A DNA stretch of 64,000 nt from Alphaproteobacteria bacterium (GCA_964291265.2 OZ219746.1:256001-320000); one strand, 5' to 3'. Counted from the stretch's first letter, positions 18,551-30,162 are shown. Notes: generated by a model from the letters alone, not told the origin. Numbers and translations: made by a program.

Positions 18551-19390
18551 ATGGGGCATATCGTCTGGATTGCCAGCTACCCCAAGTCGGGCAACACGTG
18601 GGTGAGGGCCTTCCTGCACGAGGTCCTGCGCCGGGACGGTGGCGCCTTCGATCTCGATCGCATGGCGCAGACGGCAGGAAACGAGGCATCGATCGACAAC
18701 TATCACGCGATCGATCCAAGACCCTGGAGCCTCTGGACTCCGGGGGAGGTGGCGCGGGCCCGACCGGCTGCCCAGGCCGCCTTCGCCCGCCGCCATGACC
18801 ACGTCGTGTTCTGCAAGACCCACCTTGCGGTGTTGAGATCCCGGGGTCAGGCCACCATCAACATGGACGTCACCGCCGGAGCGATCTACATCGTGCGCAA
18901 TCCCCTCGACATCGCGCTGTCCTATGCCGATCACCAGGGTGTGCCGCTCGATCTTGCGATCAACCTCATGAACCTCGAGAACCACGAGACGCCATCCACC
19001 GAGAGTCATGTCTCGGAACTCCAGGGCAGCTGGTCACAGAACGTGGAGACCTGGACGCGGCGCTCTCTGCCGGGGCTTCACGTCATGCGTTACGAGGACA
19101 TGCTGACGACTCCGGTGGCGGCATTCTCCGGTCTGGCGGCCTTCCTCAGGCTGAGGATGACACGCAAGCGCATCAGGGAGGCGGTCAGGACCACTTCCTT
19201 CGGGAATCTGCGGCGTCTGGAGGATGAGAGAGGTTTCGGTGAACGTTCCGTGCCCCAGGAGCGCTTTTTTCGCCAGGGCCGCGCCGGAACGTGGCGCACC
19301 GCGCTATCCACCGGCCAGGTGACGAAGATCGCGTCTCAGAACGAGGCGATGATGCGAAAGTTCGACTACTGGAAGGCCGTGGAGGCATGA
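18551..19390 (+). CDS. PAPS-dependent sulfotransferase
   Basis: WIASYPKSGNTW (5'-PSB), KTH, RNPLD..LS (3'-PB), RYED, FFRQG..G.W. Confidence 0.9.
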   Translation: MGHIVWIASYPKSGNTWVRAFLHEVLRRDGGAFDLDRMAQTAGNEASIDNYHAIDPRPWSLWTPGEVARARPAAQAAFARRHDHVVFCKTHLAVLRSRGQATINMDVTAGAIYIVRNPLDIALSYADHQGVPLDLAINLMNLENHETPSTESHVSELQGSWSQNVETWTRRSLPGLHVMRYEDMLTTPVAAFSGLAAFLRLRMTRKRIREAVRTTSFGNLRRLEDERGFGERSVPQERFFRQGRAGTWRTALSTGQVTKIASQNEAMMRKFDYWKAVEA

Positions 19391-20067
19391 GCGTGGTGGA
19401 CGTGGCAGGCAACCTTGAAACCGTGCAGGCGGAAGTCGACGCCGCCACCCGCCGGGCCGGCCGACTGGCCGGTTCCGTGACGCTCGTTGCGGTGACCAAG
19501 ACCCATGACGCCCAGCACATCCGTCCAGCCATCCAAGCCGGGCACCGCGTGTTCGGCGAGAACCGTGTTCAGGAGGCCGCATCGAAGTGGCCGGCACTGC
19601 GCCAGGAGCGGGACCGTCTCGAACTCCATCTGATCGGCGCCCTGCAGACCAACAAGGCGGTCGATGCCGTGACCCTCTTCGACGTGATCGAGAGCGTTGA
19701 CCGCCTGCGGTTGATCACCGCCCTGGTGAAGGCGATGGACAGAACCGGCCGCCGCCCGCGGTGTTTCATCCAGGTCAACACCGGCGAGGAGGAACAGAAG
19801 GCCGGCTGCCTGCCCGTCGACGCCGATGACCTGGTCGCCGCCGCTCGGTCGGCGGGACTCGATGTCGTCGGGTTGATGTGCATCCCACCGTTCGACGAGG
19901 AGCCGTCTCCCCACTTTTCCCGGCTGACAGGCATCGCCCGCCGCAACGGTCTCGAGGCACTGTCGATGGGCATGTCTGCAGACTACACGACCGCGATTGC
20001 CTGCGGTGCCACCCATGTCCGGGTCGGCACGGCCATCTTCGGCAGCCGCCGTTCCCGGCGTTCTTGA
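19387..20067 (+). CDS. yggS: PLP homeostasis protein YggS
   Basis: AVTK, FGENRVQE, HLIG.LQTNK, GLMCIPP, LSMGMS, RVGTAIFG. Confidence 0.94.
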   Translation: MSVVDVAGNLETVQAEVDAATRRAGRLAGSVTLVAVTKTHDAQHIRPAIQAGHRVFGENRVQEAASKWPALRQERDRLELHLIGALQTNKAVDAVTLFDVIESVDRLRLITALVKAMDRTGRRPRCFIQVNTGEEEQKAGCLPVDADDLVAAARSAGLDVVGLMCIPPFDEEPSPHFSRLTGIARRNGLEALSMGMSADYTTAIACGATHVRVGTAIFGSRRSRRS

Positions 20068-20121
20068 CCGGCAGCACCGGGCGCGCCATAAGCACGCGTT
20101 CCCCGATCTGGAGCCTTCCCG

Positions 20122-21114
20122 ATGAAACGGGTCTTTTCCGGCGTTCAGCCGACCGGCAACCTCCACCTTGGCAATTATCTCGGCGCTCTCAAGCGCTTCG
20201 TGGCGATGCAGGACGACCACGAGTGCGTGTACTGCATTGTCGATCTCCACGCCCTGACCATGCCTTGGGACCCCGATCAGCTGCGTGGCGCAACGCGGGA
20301 GGTGGCGGCGGGTTTCTTGGCCTCGGGCCTCGATCCGGAACGCTGCATCGTCTTCAATCAGAGCCAGTGCCCGATGCACCTGCGGCTGCAGTGGATCCTC
20401 GCTTGCCTCACTCCCCTGGGGTGGCTCAACCGCATGACGCAGTTCAAGGAAAAGGCGGGAAGGCAGAGGGACAACGCGAGTCTCGGCCTCTACGGCTATC
20501 CGGTTCTCCAGGCTGCCGACATCATCGGCTACCACGCCACCCACGTGCCGGTCGGCGCTGACCAGAAACAGCACCTCGAGTTGTCCCGCGACATCGCGGG
20601 CGCTTTCAACCACACGTTCGGCGTCGACTTCTTCCCTCTTCCCGAGGCCGTGATCCTGGGCGAGGCCACCCGCGTCATGTCCCTGCGGGACGGACGGTCC
20701 AAGATGTCGAAGTCCGATCAGAGCGACTATTCCCGCATCAATCTCATCGATGACAGGGACACCATCGCACTCAAGATCCGCAAGGCGCGCACGGACAGCA
20801 TCATGGGCGTGTCGTTCGATCCGGAGAACAGGCCCGAGGCCTCCAATCTCGTCACCATCTATGCGTCACTGGCCGGGGTCAGCCGTGACGTGGTGCTGGA
20901 CGAGTTCCGGAGCGCCAGGTTCAGCGATTTCAAGGCCCGTCTTGCGGACCTTGCCGTGGAGACCCTGGGGCCGGTCGGCGAGGAGATGAAGCGGCTGTCG
21001 GCGGATCCCGGCTATGTCGACAACGTGCTGCGCGATGGTGCGGCCCGGGCCCGGGCCATCGCCGAACCGATCCAGAAGGAGGTCGAGGAACTCACCGGCT
21101 TCCTAGTGCCGTGA
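20122..21114 (+). CDS. trpS: tryptophan--tRNA ligase
   Basis: [28 protein letters not shown]. Confidence 0.97.
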   Translation: MKRVFSGVQPTGNLHLGNYLGALKRFVAMQDDHECVYCIVDLHALTMPWDPDQLRGATREVAAGFLASGLDPERCIVFNQSQCPMHLRLQWILACLTPLGWLNRMTQFKEKAGRQRDNASLGLYGYPVLQAADIIGYHATHVPVGADQKQHLELSRDIAGAFNHTFGVDFFPLPEAVILGEATRVMSLRDGRSKMSKSDQSDYSRINLIDDRDTIALKIRKARTDSIMGVSFDPENRPEASNLVTIYASLAGVSRDVVLDEFRSARFSDFKARLADLAVETLGPVGEEMKRLSADPGYVDNVLRDGAARARAIAEPIQKEVEELTGFLVP

Positions 21115-21759
21115 TTGTCCGATGCCGGCGCACGCCGGCAAGGAACACGGGCTCCCGCCCTGCCGCCCTAGCCTTGGCTTCGTAGCGTGTCGGCGGCCAG
21201 TCGGATGGCCGATGTCGAGACCACTGCAGGTCCTGCGTGCCCTTGAGCGCCTGCGTCATGTCGAGAGCGTAGTCCTCGATATCGGTCGCCAGATGCAGTT
21301 CTCCTCCGTCGACGAGGAGGTTCGAGAACCACGCCATGGTTGCCGGGTTGACGAGGCGACGCTTCCTGTGGCGCGCCTTGGGCCAGGGGTCGGGGAAGAG
21401 AACGAAGACGCGTTCGAGGCAGGCAGGGGGAAGGGCTTCGAGAAGCCGCGTCACGTCCGCGTCGAAAATCCTGACATTGGCAAGGCCATGGTGTTCGACA
21501 AGGCCCAGCAGACCTGCCACGCCGTTCAGCCACACTTCCGCGCCGATCAGCGTGACCTCGGGGTGGCGTTCTGCCTGCCAGGCAAGATGCTCTCCGCCGC
21601 CAAACCCGATTTCCAGCCAGAGCCGCCCGCCGAGTTCAGGATCGGGCCTGCCATCCTCGCCGATGACAACCCGCAGTTCCGGCAGAAGGGTATCGACCAG
21701 GAACTGGCGACGGGGCGAGAGCCTGCGCCCCCGGCGGCGCCCCCAGGTCTGACCGCCGG

Positions 21760-21763
<4 letters not shown>
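21092..21763 (-). CDS. trmB: tRNA (guanine-N7)-methyltransferase
   Basis: [10 protein letters not shown]-terminus, [29 protein letters not shown]; inferred CTG start overlapping the metK TGA. Confidence 0.9.
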
Positions 21764-22947
<1,184 letters not shown>

Positions 22948-22999
22948 GGCCGGCCTCCCGTTTGACATGAGAACAAGGGCACAGGCCCTGTTGGTCGAG

Positions 23000-23123
23000 G
23001 TAAGCGTTCGGTCAAGGGGTGACGTCGATGAGGATGACAGTGGCAATCACGCATTGCCCCGGGGCTCGCCTGCATTCGCTCAGTGCTGTCATCGCTCCAA
23101 TCACCGCGTGACCGAACGCTTAC
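23000..23123. mobile_element. 124-bp non-autonomous MITE with IS66-type ends
   Basis: TIR GTAAGCGTTCGGTCA perfect over 15 bp (21/23 extended); 8-bp TSD TGGTCGAG at 22992-22999 and 23124-23131. Confidence 0.85.
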
Positions 23124-23267
23124 TGGTCGAGACACTTACCGAAGGCTGGTTGATAATCAAGGTGATTGTATCGTTGACTGAAAGGCGATGTTGCGGGACT
23201 GATTGAGCGTGTGGTTCGGGGTCGCCTTCCCCGCCCCATCAGGCGGCCAATGGAAGACCGACTGCGC

Positions 23268-23970
23268 ATGGCGGACGATACTGGACACTGACAGATTGTC
23301 TATCGGCTGCTTCCCGGATCCTCGGGAGAAGGCACGCAGGCTGGCTGCTCTCGCTCATCGCCTGCCGCTTCGTCCGGAACGCCATGCTCGACCGACAAGA
23401 GCAGCAGCGAGACTGGCGGGAGCGGAACGGCTTACCCGAGCGTTTCGTTCTTCACGGCTCGACAAGGCCTTCATCCGGCTCCGCCGGTTGACGCCGTGCT
23501 TGCAGGAGATGTCGCAGGCTCAGGCGGATGCGTGGCAGCGATGTTTCAGGGGGCTGAGGCGGCCGCCCGAAGTTCAGGCGGCGCGGGCATGATGAGCGTG
23601 TGCGCTCCCGGGCGCCATCCGCATCTTTCAAACGGCACGCTCCACGTTCAGGAAGATCGGGTCGATGACGCTGCGCCGCAGGGGAGGGAACCCTTGTCCC
23701 GAGGGAGAGCCGGTCCGCGGATCGACGGCACGTGGCATGCGATCCGTCTGCTGCAGGGTGGCTGCTGTCGAGCGCCGGCGACGACGGCACCGTGACCGGC
23801 ATCGACATGAACGTGGGCCAGGTGGCCACCGGCGACGGCGAGAGCCTTCATGCGCCGGTGACGGGCCGCCTCGAAGCGCGATGCAAGCGGAGGCGGCGCA
23901 GGATGTCGCGCAAGGACAGCAGGCGGCGTGAGCGCATCCGCTGACGCCATGCCCGGAGGGTGCGGCACTC
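23268..23970 (+). pseudogene. tnpB: degraded IS200/IS605 TnpB (N-terminus to RuvC-I)
   Basis: Fragments across frames: YRLLPG, KARRLA, ACRFV.NAML, QADAWQRCFRG, PKFRRRG, IG.MTLRRRGGNP, GIDMNVGQVAT, SRRRERIR; several frameshifts and stops. Confidence 0.75.
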
Positions 23971-24191
23971 CCGACGTGATGCCCGGGTTGCCCGTTAGCA
24001 ACCGGGTTTCCGTAGAATCCCGCGGTCGGCCGACGATCTTGCGCCACGGCCTTTCGCAGGCCATACCTCCGCGCATGACTGCCGACGGTGAGCGCCGTCT
24101 GCGACCTTGACACCAAAGGACAAGATGCAAAGGTGCATCAGGACATGCGGACAGACAGCGCACGCGCTTGGGATATGGGGGCCGCTCTGGT

Positions 24192-25286
24192 ATGATGGAG
24201 TTGCTCGGGCTTTCGAAGGCTTTCGAAGACAAGGCAGCCGTTGTCGACCTGACGCTCAAGGTGGAGAACGACGAGTATCTGACATTGCTCGGACCATCGA
24301 GTTCGGGAAAAACCACGCTTTTGAGACTCATCGCGGGCCTCGAACGCCCTGATTCCGGGCGCGTCGTTCTCAATGGAGAGGACATCACGACGCGTCCCGC
24401 CCATACCCGTGGTCTGGGATTCGTTCAGCAGAACTATGCGCTGTTTCCGCACATGAATGTCGCCGACAACATTGCCTTCGGGCTGCGCAACCGCCTGATC
24501 GATCCGATCATCGACGAGACGGCGGTCGACAGCCGGGTCTCGGCAATGCTGGATCTGGTCGGCCTCGAGGGGCTCGAAGGACGCATGGTCGGGCAGATTT
24601 CCGGAGGCCAGAAGCAGCGTGTCTCACTGGCGAGGACACTCATCACGCAACCCCAGGTGTGCCTGCTCGACGAGCCGCTCGGTGCCCTCGACGCCAATCT
24701 CCGCGAACGCATGACGGTGGAACTGCGCAACATCCGGAGCACTCTGGGCGTCACGTTTTTTCATGTTACCGGCAACGAAAACGAGGCGATCGCCATGGGC
24801 GACCGCATGGTCGTGCTTGACCAGGGCCGGGCGGTGCAGACAGCGAGGCCCGACGTTGTCTTCGACGCGCCGGCGACCGTGCGGGTCGCACGTTTTGTCA
24901 ACAGCTACAATATCCTCGATGGTGAAGTGAAGGCCGGGATCTTCCGCCATGGCGACACCGGCGTCGTGCTGCCGCACCACGCCATGACCGCGACGGCGAT
25001 GGCGGTGCGCTACGACACCCCGACGATCCTGACGGAGAGCGCGGTGGATGCGGCGCACGTATCGATGCGCGCGACGTTCGTCACTGCCGAGTTCATGGGC
25101 TCGAAGATCGTCTATTTTTTCCGAACGGCGACAGGGGTCATGATGGAGGTCGAAAGCCACCTCAGCCGGGCCGACCCCGAGACCTTTTCGGCAGGCGAGG
25201 AACGCCTCCTGGCGTGGAACGTGGCGGACACGCTGTTCTTCGACGAGGCTGGCGACCTCCTCGCAGGACCCGGCAAGGGTGCATGA
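24192..25286 (+). CDS. ABC transporter ATP-binding protein (PotA-like), degenerate H-switch
   Basis: GPSSSGKTT, ISGGQKQR, LLDEP; VTGNENEA where VTHDQ.EA is expected. Confidence 0.9.
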   Translation: MMELLGLSKAFEDKAAVVDLTLKVENDEYLTLLGPSSSGKTTLLRLIAGLERPDSGRVVLNGEDITTRPAHTRGLGFVQQNYALFPHMNVADNIAFGLRNRLIDPIIDETAVDSRVSAMLDLVGLEGLEGRMVGQISGGQKQRVSLARTLITQPQVCLLDEPLGALDANLRERMTVELRNIRSTLGVTFFHVTGNENEAIAMGDRMVVLDQGRAVQTARPDVVFDAPATVRVARFVNSYNILDGEVKAGIFRHGDTGVVLPHHAMTATAMAVRYDTPTILTESAVDAAHVSMRATFVTAEFMGSKIVYFFRTATGVMMEVESHLSRADPETFSAGEERLLAWNVADTLFFDEAGDLLAGPGKGA

Positions 25287-26146
25287 CGATGGCGTGGATT
25301 CGATCGCAGAACCGCCACCTCTTGTTGTTGGCGCCGGGTGTGTTCTGGATGGTTCTGTTCCTCGTCGTTCCACTGGCGATGATGGTTTACGTCAGCTTCT
25401 GGACGCAGACCACCTTCACCATCGAACCGGATCTGACGGTGAAGAGCTGGGCGACGTTCTTTGCATCAGACACTTATTTCGGAGCCCTGCTGCGAACCCT
25501 GAGGATCTGGCTGACCGTCCTCGCTCTGACGCTGCTGATCGGCTACCCGACGGCGCTCTTCATCGGCCGCTTCGTGCGCAACAAGACGATGCAGACCGTT
25601 CTCCTAGTCGCCTGCGTCATCCCGTTCTGGACCTCCTTCCTGATCCGCGTGCTCGCCTGGCGTCCCATGCTCGGCAAGGAGGGCGCCATCAACATCGTCC
25701 TGCAGGCAGCGGGCATCATCGACCAGCCCACCGAAGCCCTTCTCTTCACGGAACTCTCGGTCGTCATCGGCATGGTCCAGATCTATGTCGTCTTCATGGT
25801 TGGGCCCATCGCCTTCATGCTCGCCCGCATCGACGAGAGTCTGATCGAAGCGGCGCGCGACCTCGGCGCCTCCGCCTTCACCATCTTTCGCACCATCATC
25901 TTTCAGCTCAGCCTGCCGGGTGTGGTCGTTGGCGCCATCTTCGTCTCGGTCATGGTTCTGGGCGAGTTCGCCACCTCGGCGGCGCTTTCGGGACGCAAGG
26001 TCAATCTTCTCGGCAACATCATCGTTACCCAGGTCGGCTCCCTCAAATGGGCGTTTGCCGCGGTGGCAGGGGTCATTCTCACCGTCGTCATGGCCGTGGT
26101 GATCACGGGCCTCCTGAGGATCGTGAACCTGAGGCGCGAACTGTGA
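25283..26146 (+). CDS. ABC transporter permease (PotB-like)
   Basis: Six hydrophobic segments, PFWTS.LIR, EAARDLGA loop. Confidence 0.9.
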   Translation: MTMAWIRSQNRHLLLLAPGVFWMVLFLVVPLAMMVYVSFWTQTTFTIEPDLTVKSWATFFASDTYFGALLRTLRIWLTVLALTLLIGYPTALFIGRFVRNKTMQTVLLVACVIPFWTSFLIRVLAWRPMLGKEGAINIVLQAAGIIDQPTEALLFTELSVVIGMVQIYVVFMVGPIAFMLARIDESLIEAARDLGASAFTIFRTIIFQLSLPGVVVGAIFVSVMVLGEFATSAALSGRKVNLLGNIIVTQVGSLKWAFAAVAGVILTVVMAVVITGLLRIVNLRREL

Positions 26147-26156
26147 CGGAAGGTCG

Positions 26157-27017
26157 GTGATGCACCAATTGCGCAACATGCGGATCGGGCTTGCGGTCTA
26201 TACGGTGGTGTTCGTCATCTTCCTCTACAGCCCCTTCATCGTCATGGGCATCCTGAGCTTCCAGACCGGCCCGGAGGGAGGACCCCAGTTCCCGATCATC
26301 GAATGGTCCACGTTCTGGTACCAGCATATCCTCGGTTTCGCGCCACCCTCGAGGGTTGCACCCCTTCCCATCGGCGAGGCCCTGATCCGCTCGCTGACGC
26401 TCGCCTTCGCGACGATGGTGGTCTCGACGGTTCTCGGTACCCTTTCGGCACAGGCCTTCCGCACGCGCTTCCGCTTCTCGGGTCTCGTCTTCTATCTCGT
26501 CGTGCTCGGCATGATGGTTCCCGGTGTCCTTCTCGGTCTCGGAATGGCGCTGGTGGCTGACCAGCTCGGAGTGCAGCGCCAGTGGTGGAGTACTGCGTTT
26601 GTTCTTCATGTGGTTTATACCTACCCCTTCGCCTTCCTTGTGATGCTCGCCATCTTCAACCGTTTCGACAGATCCATCGAGGAGGCCGCGTGGACCCTTG
26701 GCGTGTCACCGGCGAGGACCTTCCGCAAGGTGACCTTTCCGATGATCATGCCCGGGGTACTCTCGGCGATGCTCTTCGCCCTGACGCTCTCATATGACGA
26801 GTTTCCGCGCACGCTCTTCACCGGTGGCGCTGATGTCACCATGCCGATCGCGATCTACGGCGCCTTCGCCGTCGAGATCCACCCCAACCTCTTCGCCTTC
26901 GGCGTGCTGACGACATTGTTCTCGGTCTCGCTGCTGATCGTCTACGGCCTTCTGATGAGTGTCTCGGTCAGGAGAGCGAGAGCGCGGACAACAGGAATCC
27001 AGGAGGAGATCCGATGA
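26157..27017 (+). CDS. ABC transporter permease (PotC-like)
   Basis: FLYSP, EEAAWTLG, SYDEF. Confidence 0.9.
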   Translation: MMHQLRNMRIGLAVYTVVFVIFLYSPFIVMGILSFQTGPEGGPQFPIIEWSTFWYQHILGFAPPSRVAPLPIGEALIRSLTLAFATMVVSTVLGTLSAQAFRTRFRFSGLVFYLVVLGMMVPGVLLGLGMALVADQLGVQRQWWSTAFVLHVVYTYPFAFLVMLAIFNRFDRSIEEAAWTLGVSPARTFRKVTFPMIMPGVLSAMLFALTLSYDEFPRTLFTGGADVTMPIAIYGAFAVEIHPNLFAFGVLTTLFSVSLLIVYGLLMSVSVRRARARTTGIQEEIR

Positions 27018-27763
27018 CCGGACGACTCACCCGCCACATCGCGGTCGTCACCGGCGCCGGTTCCGGAATCGGCCGCGCGGTGGCGCTGAGGCTGGCCTCA
27101 GAAGGCGCCAGAGTGACGGTCAACGACCTCCGGGCGGAAACGGCGCACGCCACGGCCGGAATCATTCGCGGCACCGGCGGCGAGGCCGTGGCGGTGGGCG
27201 GCGACGTTTCCGACGAGACCGCCGTGAGGGCGATCTTTGCCGGGGCGCAAGAGGCGTTCGGGGCGGTCACGCTGGCGGTCAGCAATGCCGGAATCGTCCA
27301 GCAGGCACGCTTCACCGAGCTGACGGTGGACGACTGGGACCGGATGATTGCCGTTCATCTCAGAGGCGCCTTTCTCGTCAGCCGCCACGCCATCGGGGCG
27401 ATGCTGGAGCGTCGCTCGGGCGTGATCGTCAACATCGCCTCGCAACTCGGACAGATCGGGGGCATCGAACTCGTTCACTACAGCGCGGCGAAAGCCGGAA
27501 TCATCGGCCTGACCAAAGCCCTTGCCCGCGAAGTCGGGACTTCGGGCGTGCGTGTCAATGCCGTGGCTCCGGGGCCGATCAACACCGAACTGGTGATGGC
27601 GCTTTCCGAGGAGTGGCGCGCGGCCAAGGCGTCGGCACTGCCACTCGGGCGTTTCGGCGAACCCGAGGAGGTCGCAGCGACCGTGGCCTTCCTTGCCTCC
27701 GACGATGCGGAGCTTTATGTGGGCCAGACACTGGGCCCCAATGCAGGCGACGTGATGCTCTGA
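27014..27763 (+). CDS. short-chain dehydrogenase/reductase
   Basis: TGAGSGIG, NAG, HYSAAK, NAVAPG. Confidence 0.92.
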   Translation: MTGRLTRHIAVVTGAGSGIGRAVALRLASEGARVTVNDLRAETAHATAGIIRGTGGEAVAVGGDVSDETAVRAIFAGAQEAFGAVTLAVSNAGIVQQARFTELTVDDWDRMIAVHLRGAFLVSRHAIGAMLERRSGVIVNIASQLGQIGGIELVHYSAAKAGIIGLTKALAREVGTSGVRVNAVAPGPINTELVMALSEEWRAAKASALPLGRFGEPEEVAATVAFLASDDAELYVGQTLGPNAGDVML

Positions 27764-27989
27764 AAGCTGGCCGACGAGATGGTCCTTGTGCTCGGGGAAT
27801 CTCCCACACTTCGTCTGATTGTGCGATGAAGCACTGATCGGCGGGTTCCCAGTCTCATTCCTGTCTGGTTCCGGCGTGCGAATCGGGCGCGGGTCAGGCG
27901 AGACGCCGTATCCGGTGGCCGGGTGGGTTGTTTCCGGGCACCGGGGATTGTGTTGGCGGCGTGCGGGAGCCGCTTGGAGAGGACTCATC

Positions 27990-28319
27990 GAGGCCGTGAT
28001 GGCTCCGCTGTGGTTCAACGGCAGTCGCCGCCTGGTTTCGGCGAAGATCACGGCAGGCGTGATGTTGTTGAGGGTGGCCCGGTTCGCCGGACCCGTTGTC
28101 CGTGCGGAGCAGGTCGACGTCCCCGCCGGAGACACAGTCCCCCTGGCGGTGGTTCAGATTTTCTGCCGCCCAATCGCCGCGATTGAGCCGGAGCATGTCC
28201 TTAGGCGACGCGGCCCTGGCATCGAACGAGGTGACGACATGGGTGGTTTCTGTGTGGTCGTTGTGGGTTCCTGCACCGCAGGTGTCCCTCTTCACGGTCT
28301 CGCGGTCTGCTCCACTAGT
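27990..28319 (-). pseudogene. ISAs1-family transposase C-terminal remnant (target of the IS1634 insertion)
   Basis: ET..VVTS...AASP..ML.LNRGDW..EN.NH and GPAN.ATLNN fragments, frameshifted. Confidence 0.65.
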
Positions 28320-28320
28320 C
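28200..28320 (+). repeat. left copy of 121-bp perfect direct repeat flanking IS1634
   Basis: Base-by-base identical to 30274-30394. Confidence 0.95.
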
Positions 28321-28400
28321 CGAAGTTCCAGCGCCGATCAAGTGCAAGTGCTTGATATAAATGGCATTCGATGGATCTCAGGGGCGTCTGACTGGGTACA

Positions 28401-30125
28401 TTACGGCTTCACGCCCAGGAGCTTGAGTGCTCTTCTCTGGAGCGGCGTGGGCCGCGTGGTGACCTGGAAGGGTTGGGCGCCCGCAAGGCGGGGCGCCACG
28501 GTGTTGCGGGTGATGGTCGCGAGATCATCGAGGAGAGTGCGGAAGCTGTGCACCGGATCACCCCCGGGTGTCCTCTTGGTTGCCGCCTTGGCCCGGGCGC
28601 TCGCCGAGACTTCTGCCGGCGCCACGACGGACGGCCGCCGGGCCTCGGCACCTTCGGCATCCTCGTCGTCGAACAGCATGGGCTTCAGTTTCTGGCGCAT
28701 GTGCCATTCAACGTAGTAGGCGAGCATGCACAGGAAGACATGGGCGCGGACCCGGGGTTCGGTGCGGTGGTAGACGGGGCGGACCTTCAGATCCACGGTC
28801 TTCAGGCTGCGGAAGGCCCGTTCCACCGAACTCAACCGCTTGTAGGCGCGCACCGTGCCGGGACCGTCGAGCTCGCTCTGCGGCAGGCTGGTGCGGATCA
28901 CGTAGAGGCCGTCGAGCCTGGCCTCGGCGGCGATGGCAGCCTCATCGCGCCCATAGGTGAAGACACCCTCGTCGTCGATGGACCACGTGAAGTGCTTCGC
29001 CATCCTGTACGTGCTGATGACCTTGCCGACCCTCTCCCCGATCTTGTCGGCACCCTTGAGACGGCGCTTGTCGCGCCGTGTCGCTGCGGCGATCGGTTCA
29101 AGCAGGGCCTCGGTGGCCTCGAGCAGTTCCTGGCGCTTGCGGGCCCGGTCCTCGGCCAGCAGGGGGTTGCGGCAGACCATGAGGCGTTCGCCGGGATACG
29201 CATCGCTGGTGATCTCCACTAGGTCCCTCTCGTCGAAGAGCGACATCTCGACGTCACCCGCCTCCACCAGTGAACGGATGGCCGGTCCCCTCAAGGCGCT
29301 GATCCAGTCCAGGCCTGCGGGCTTCACCTCCTCGCGTATGCGCGCCTCGGTCAGCATCCCCCGGTCTCCCACCAGCACCACCTTCGCCAGGGAGAAGCGC
29401 TCCTGCAGCGTGGTGATCTGTGATGCCACCGTCCCGGGGTCCGCCGTGTTGCCGGGGAACACTTCCACCGACACTGGACAGCCGTCCCGATCGCACAGAA
29501 GGCCGAACTCGATCTGCAGCTTGCCCTTCTTGCCGTCCCGGGAATGACCCCTCCTGGCCAGGGGGCACGCTCTCCCCTCCATCCATACCGAGGTCAGGTC
29601 ATAGAGCACCAGGCAGCCCTCTTCGAGGCGCCGCTTCGCCAGGGACCGCTCGATCCTCTCCTGACGCTCCAGGAGCCAGTCCATGGCGCCGTAGAGGGCG
29701 TCCTCGTCCATCTCCGCATCGAGGACCTCGCCCAGGGTGCTGACCGCCGTGGCCTCGGCCAGCCCCCTGGCCGTGGCCAGCTTCGAGGCGGGCTCGAGGA
29801 TGCGTGCCACGATCATGGCCAGGACCTGATCGCGCTCATGCGAGGGCTTCGGGTCGATCAACCTGTCCAGTCCCAGCTTCTTCAGGGTTCCCAGCACTGC
29901 GGCGACATGCCCATGGGGTAGGGAGCGGACGATGTCGAAGGCATCGTCGAGATGTCGGACTGCTGTTCCTCCCTTGAGGAGGATGCGCAATCCCTCGACG
30001 AGAGTGGGGGACCACTTGGAGAGGTTGGCGATGGTGCGCTTCTTGACCTTTCCGTTTTCGCGATAGGACTCGCGGAGCAGGATGGCGGGCGGCGAGGAGC
30101 GGTTGGGGACGGCTTCGATGTACAT
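28401..30125 (-). CDS. IS1634-family transposase (intact)
   Basis: MYIEAVPNR..PPAILLRES, YDLTS, GHSRDGK, VGDRGM, DGLYVIRT, VERAFRSLK, RPVYH. Confidence 0.93.
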   Translation of the reverse strand: MYIEAVPNRSSPPAILLRESYRENGKVKKRTIANLSKWSPTLVEGLRILLKGGTAVRHLDDAFDIVRSLPHGHVAAVLGTLKKLGLDRLIDPKPSHERDQVLAMIVARILEPASKLATARGLAEATAVSTLGEVLDAEMDEDALYGAMDWLLERQERIERSLAKRRLEEGCLVLYDLTSVWMEGRACPLARRGHSRDGKKGKLQIEFGLLCDRDGCPVSVEVFPGNTADPGTVASQITTLQERFSLAKVVLVGDRGMLTEARIREEVKPAGLDWISALRGPAIRSLVEAGDVEMSLFDERDLVEITSDAYPGERLMVCRNPLLAEDRARKRQELLEATEALLEPIAAATRRDKRRLKGADKIGERVGKVISTYRMAKHFTWSIDDEGVFTYGRDEAAIAAEARLDGLYVIRTSLPQSELDGPGTVRAYKRLSSVERAFRSLKTVDLKVRPVYHRTEPRVRAHVFLCMLAYYVEWHMRQKLKPMLFDDEDAEGAEARRPSVVAPAEVSASARAKAATKRTPGGDPVHSFRTLLDDLATITRNTVAPRLAGAQPFQVTTRPTPLQRRALKLLGVKP

Positions 30126-30133
30126 GGCTACTG

Positions 30134-30162
30134 TACATAGGCACGGCACTGCCGTATGTCAA
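30134..30162 (-). promoter_or_regulatory. putative near-leaderless promoter of the IS1634 transposase
   Basis: TTGACA-17 nt-TATGTA, 8 nt before ATG; the spacer contains the hairpin ACGGCAGTGCCGT. Confidence 0.55.

Noticed and set aside
22950-23260. SAM riboswitch upstream of metK
   Set aside because: No SAM-II, SAM-V or SAM-SAH consensus recognised; the hairpin is better explained by TIRs plus an 8-bp TSD
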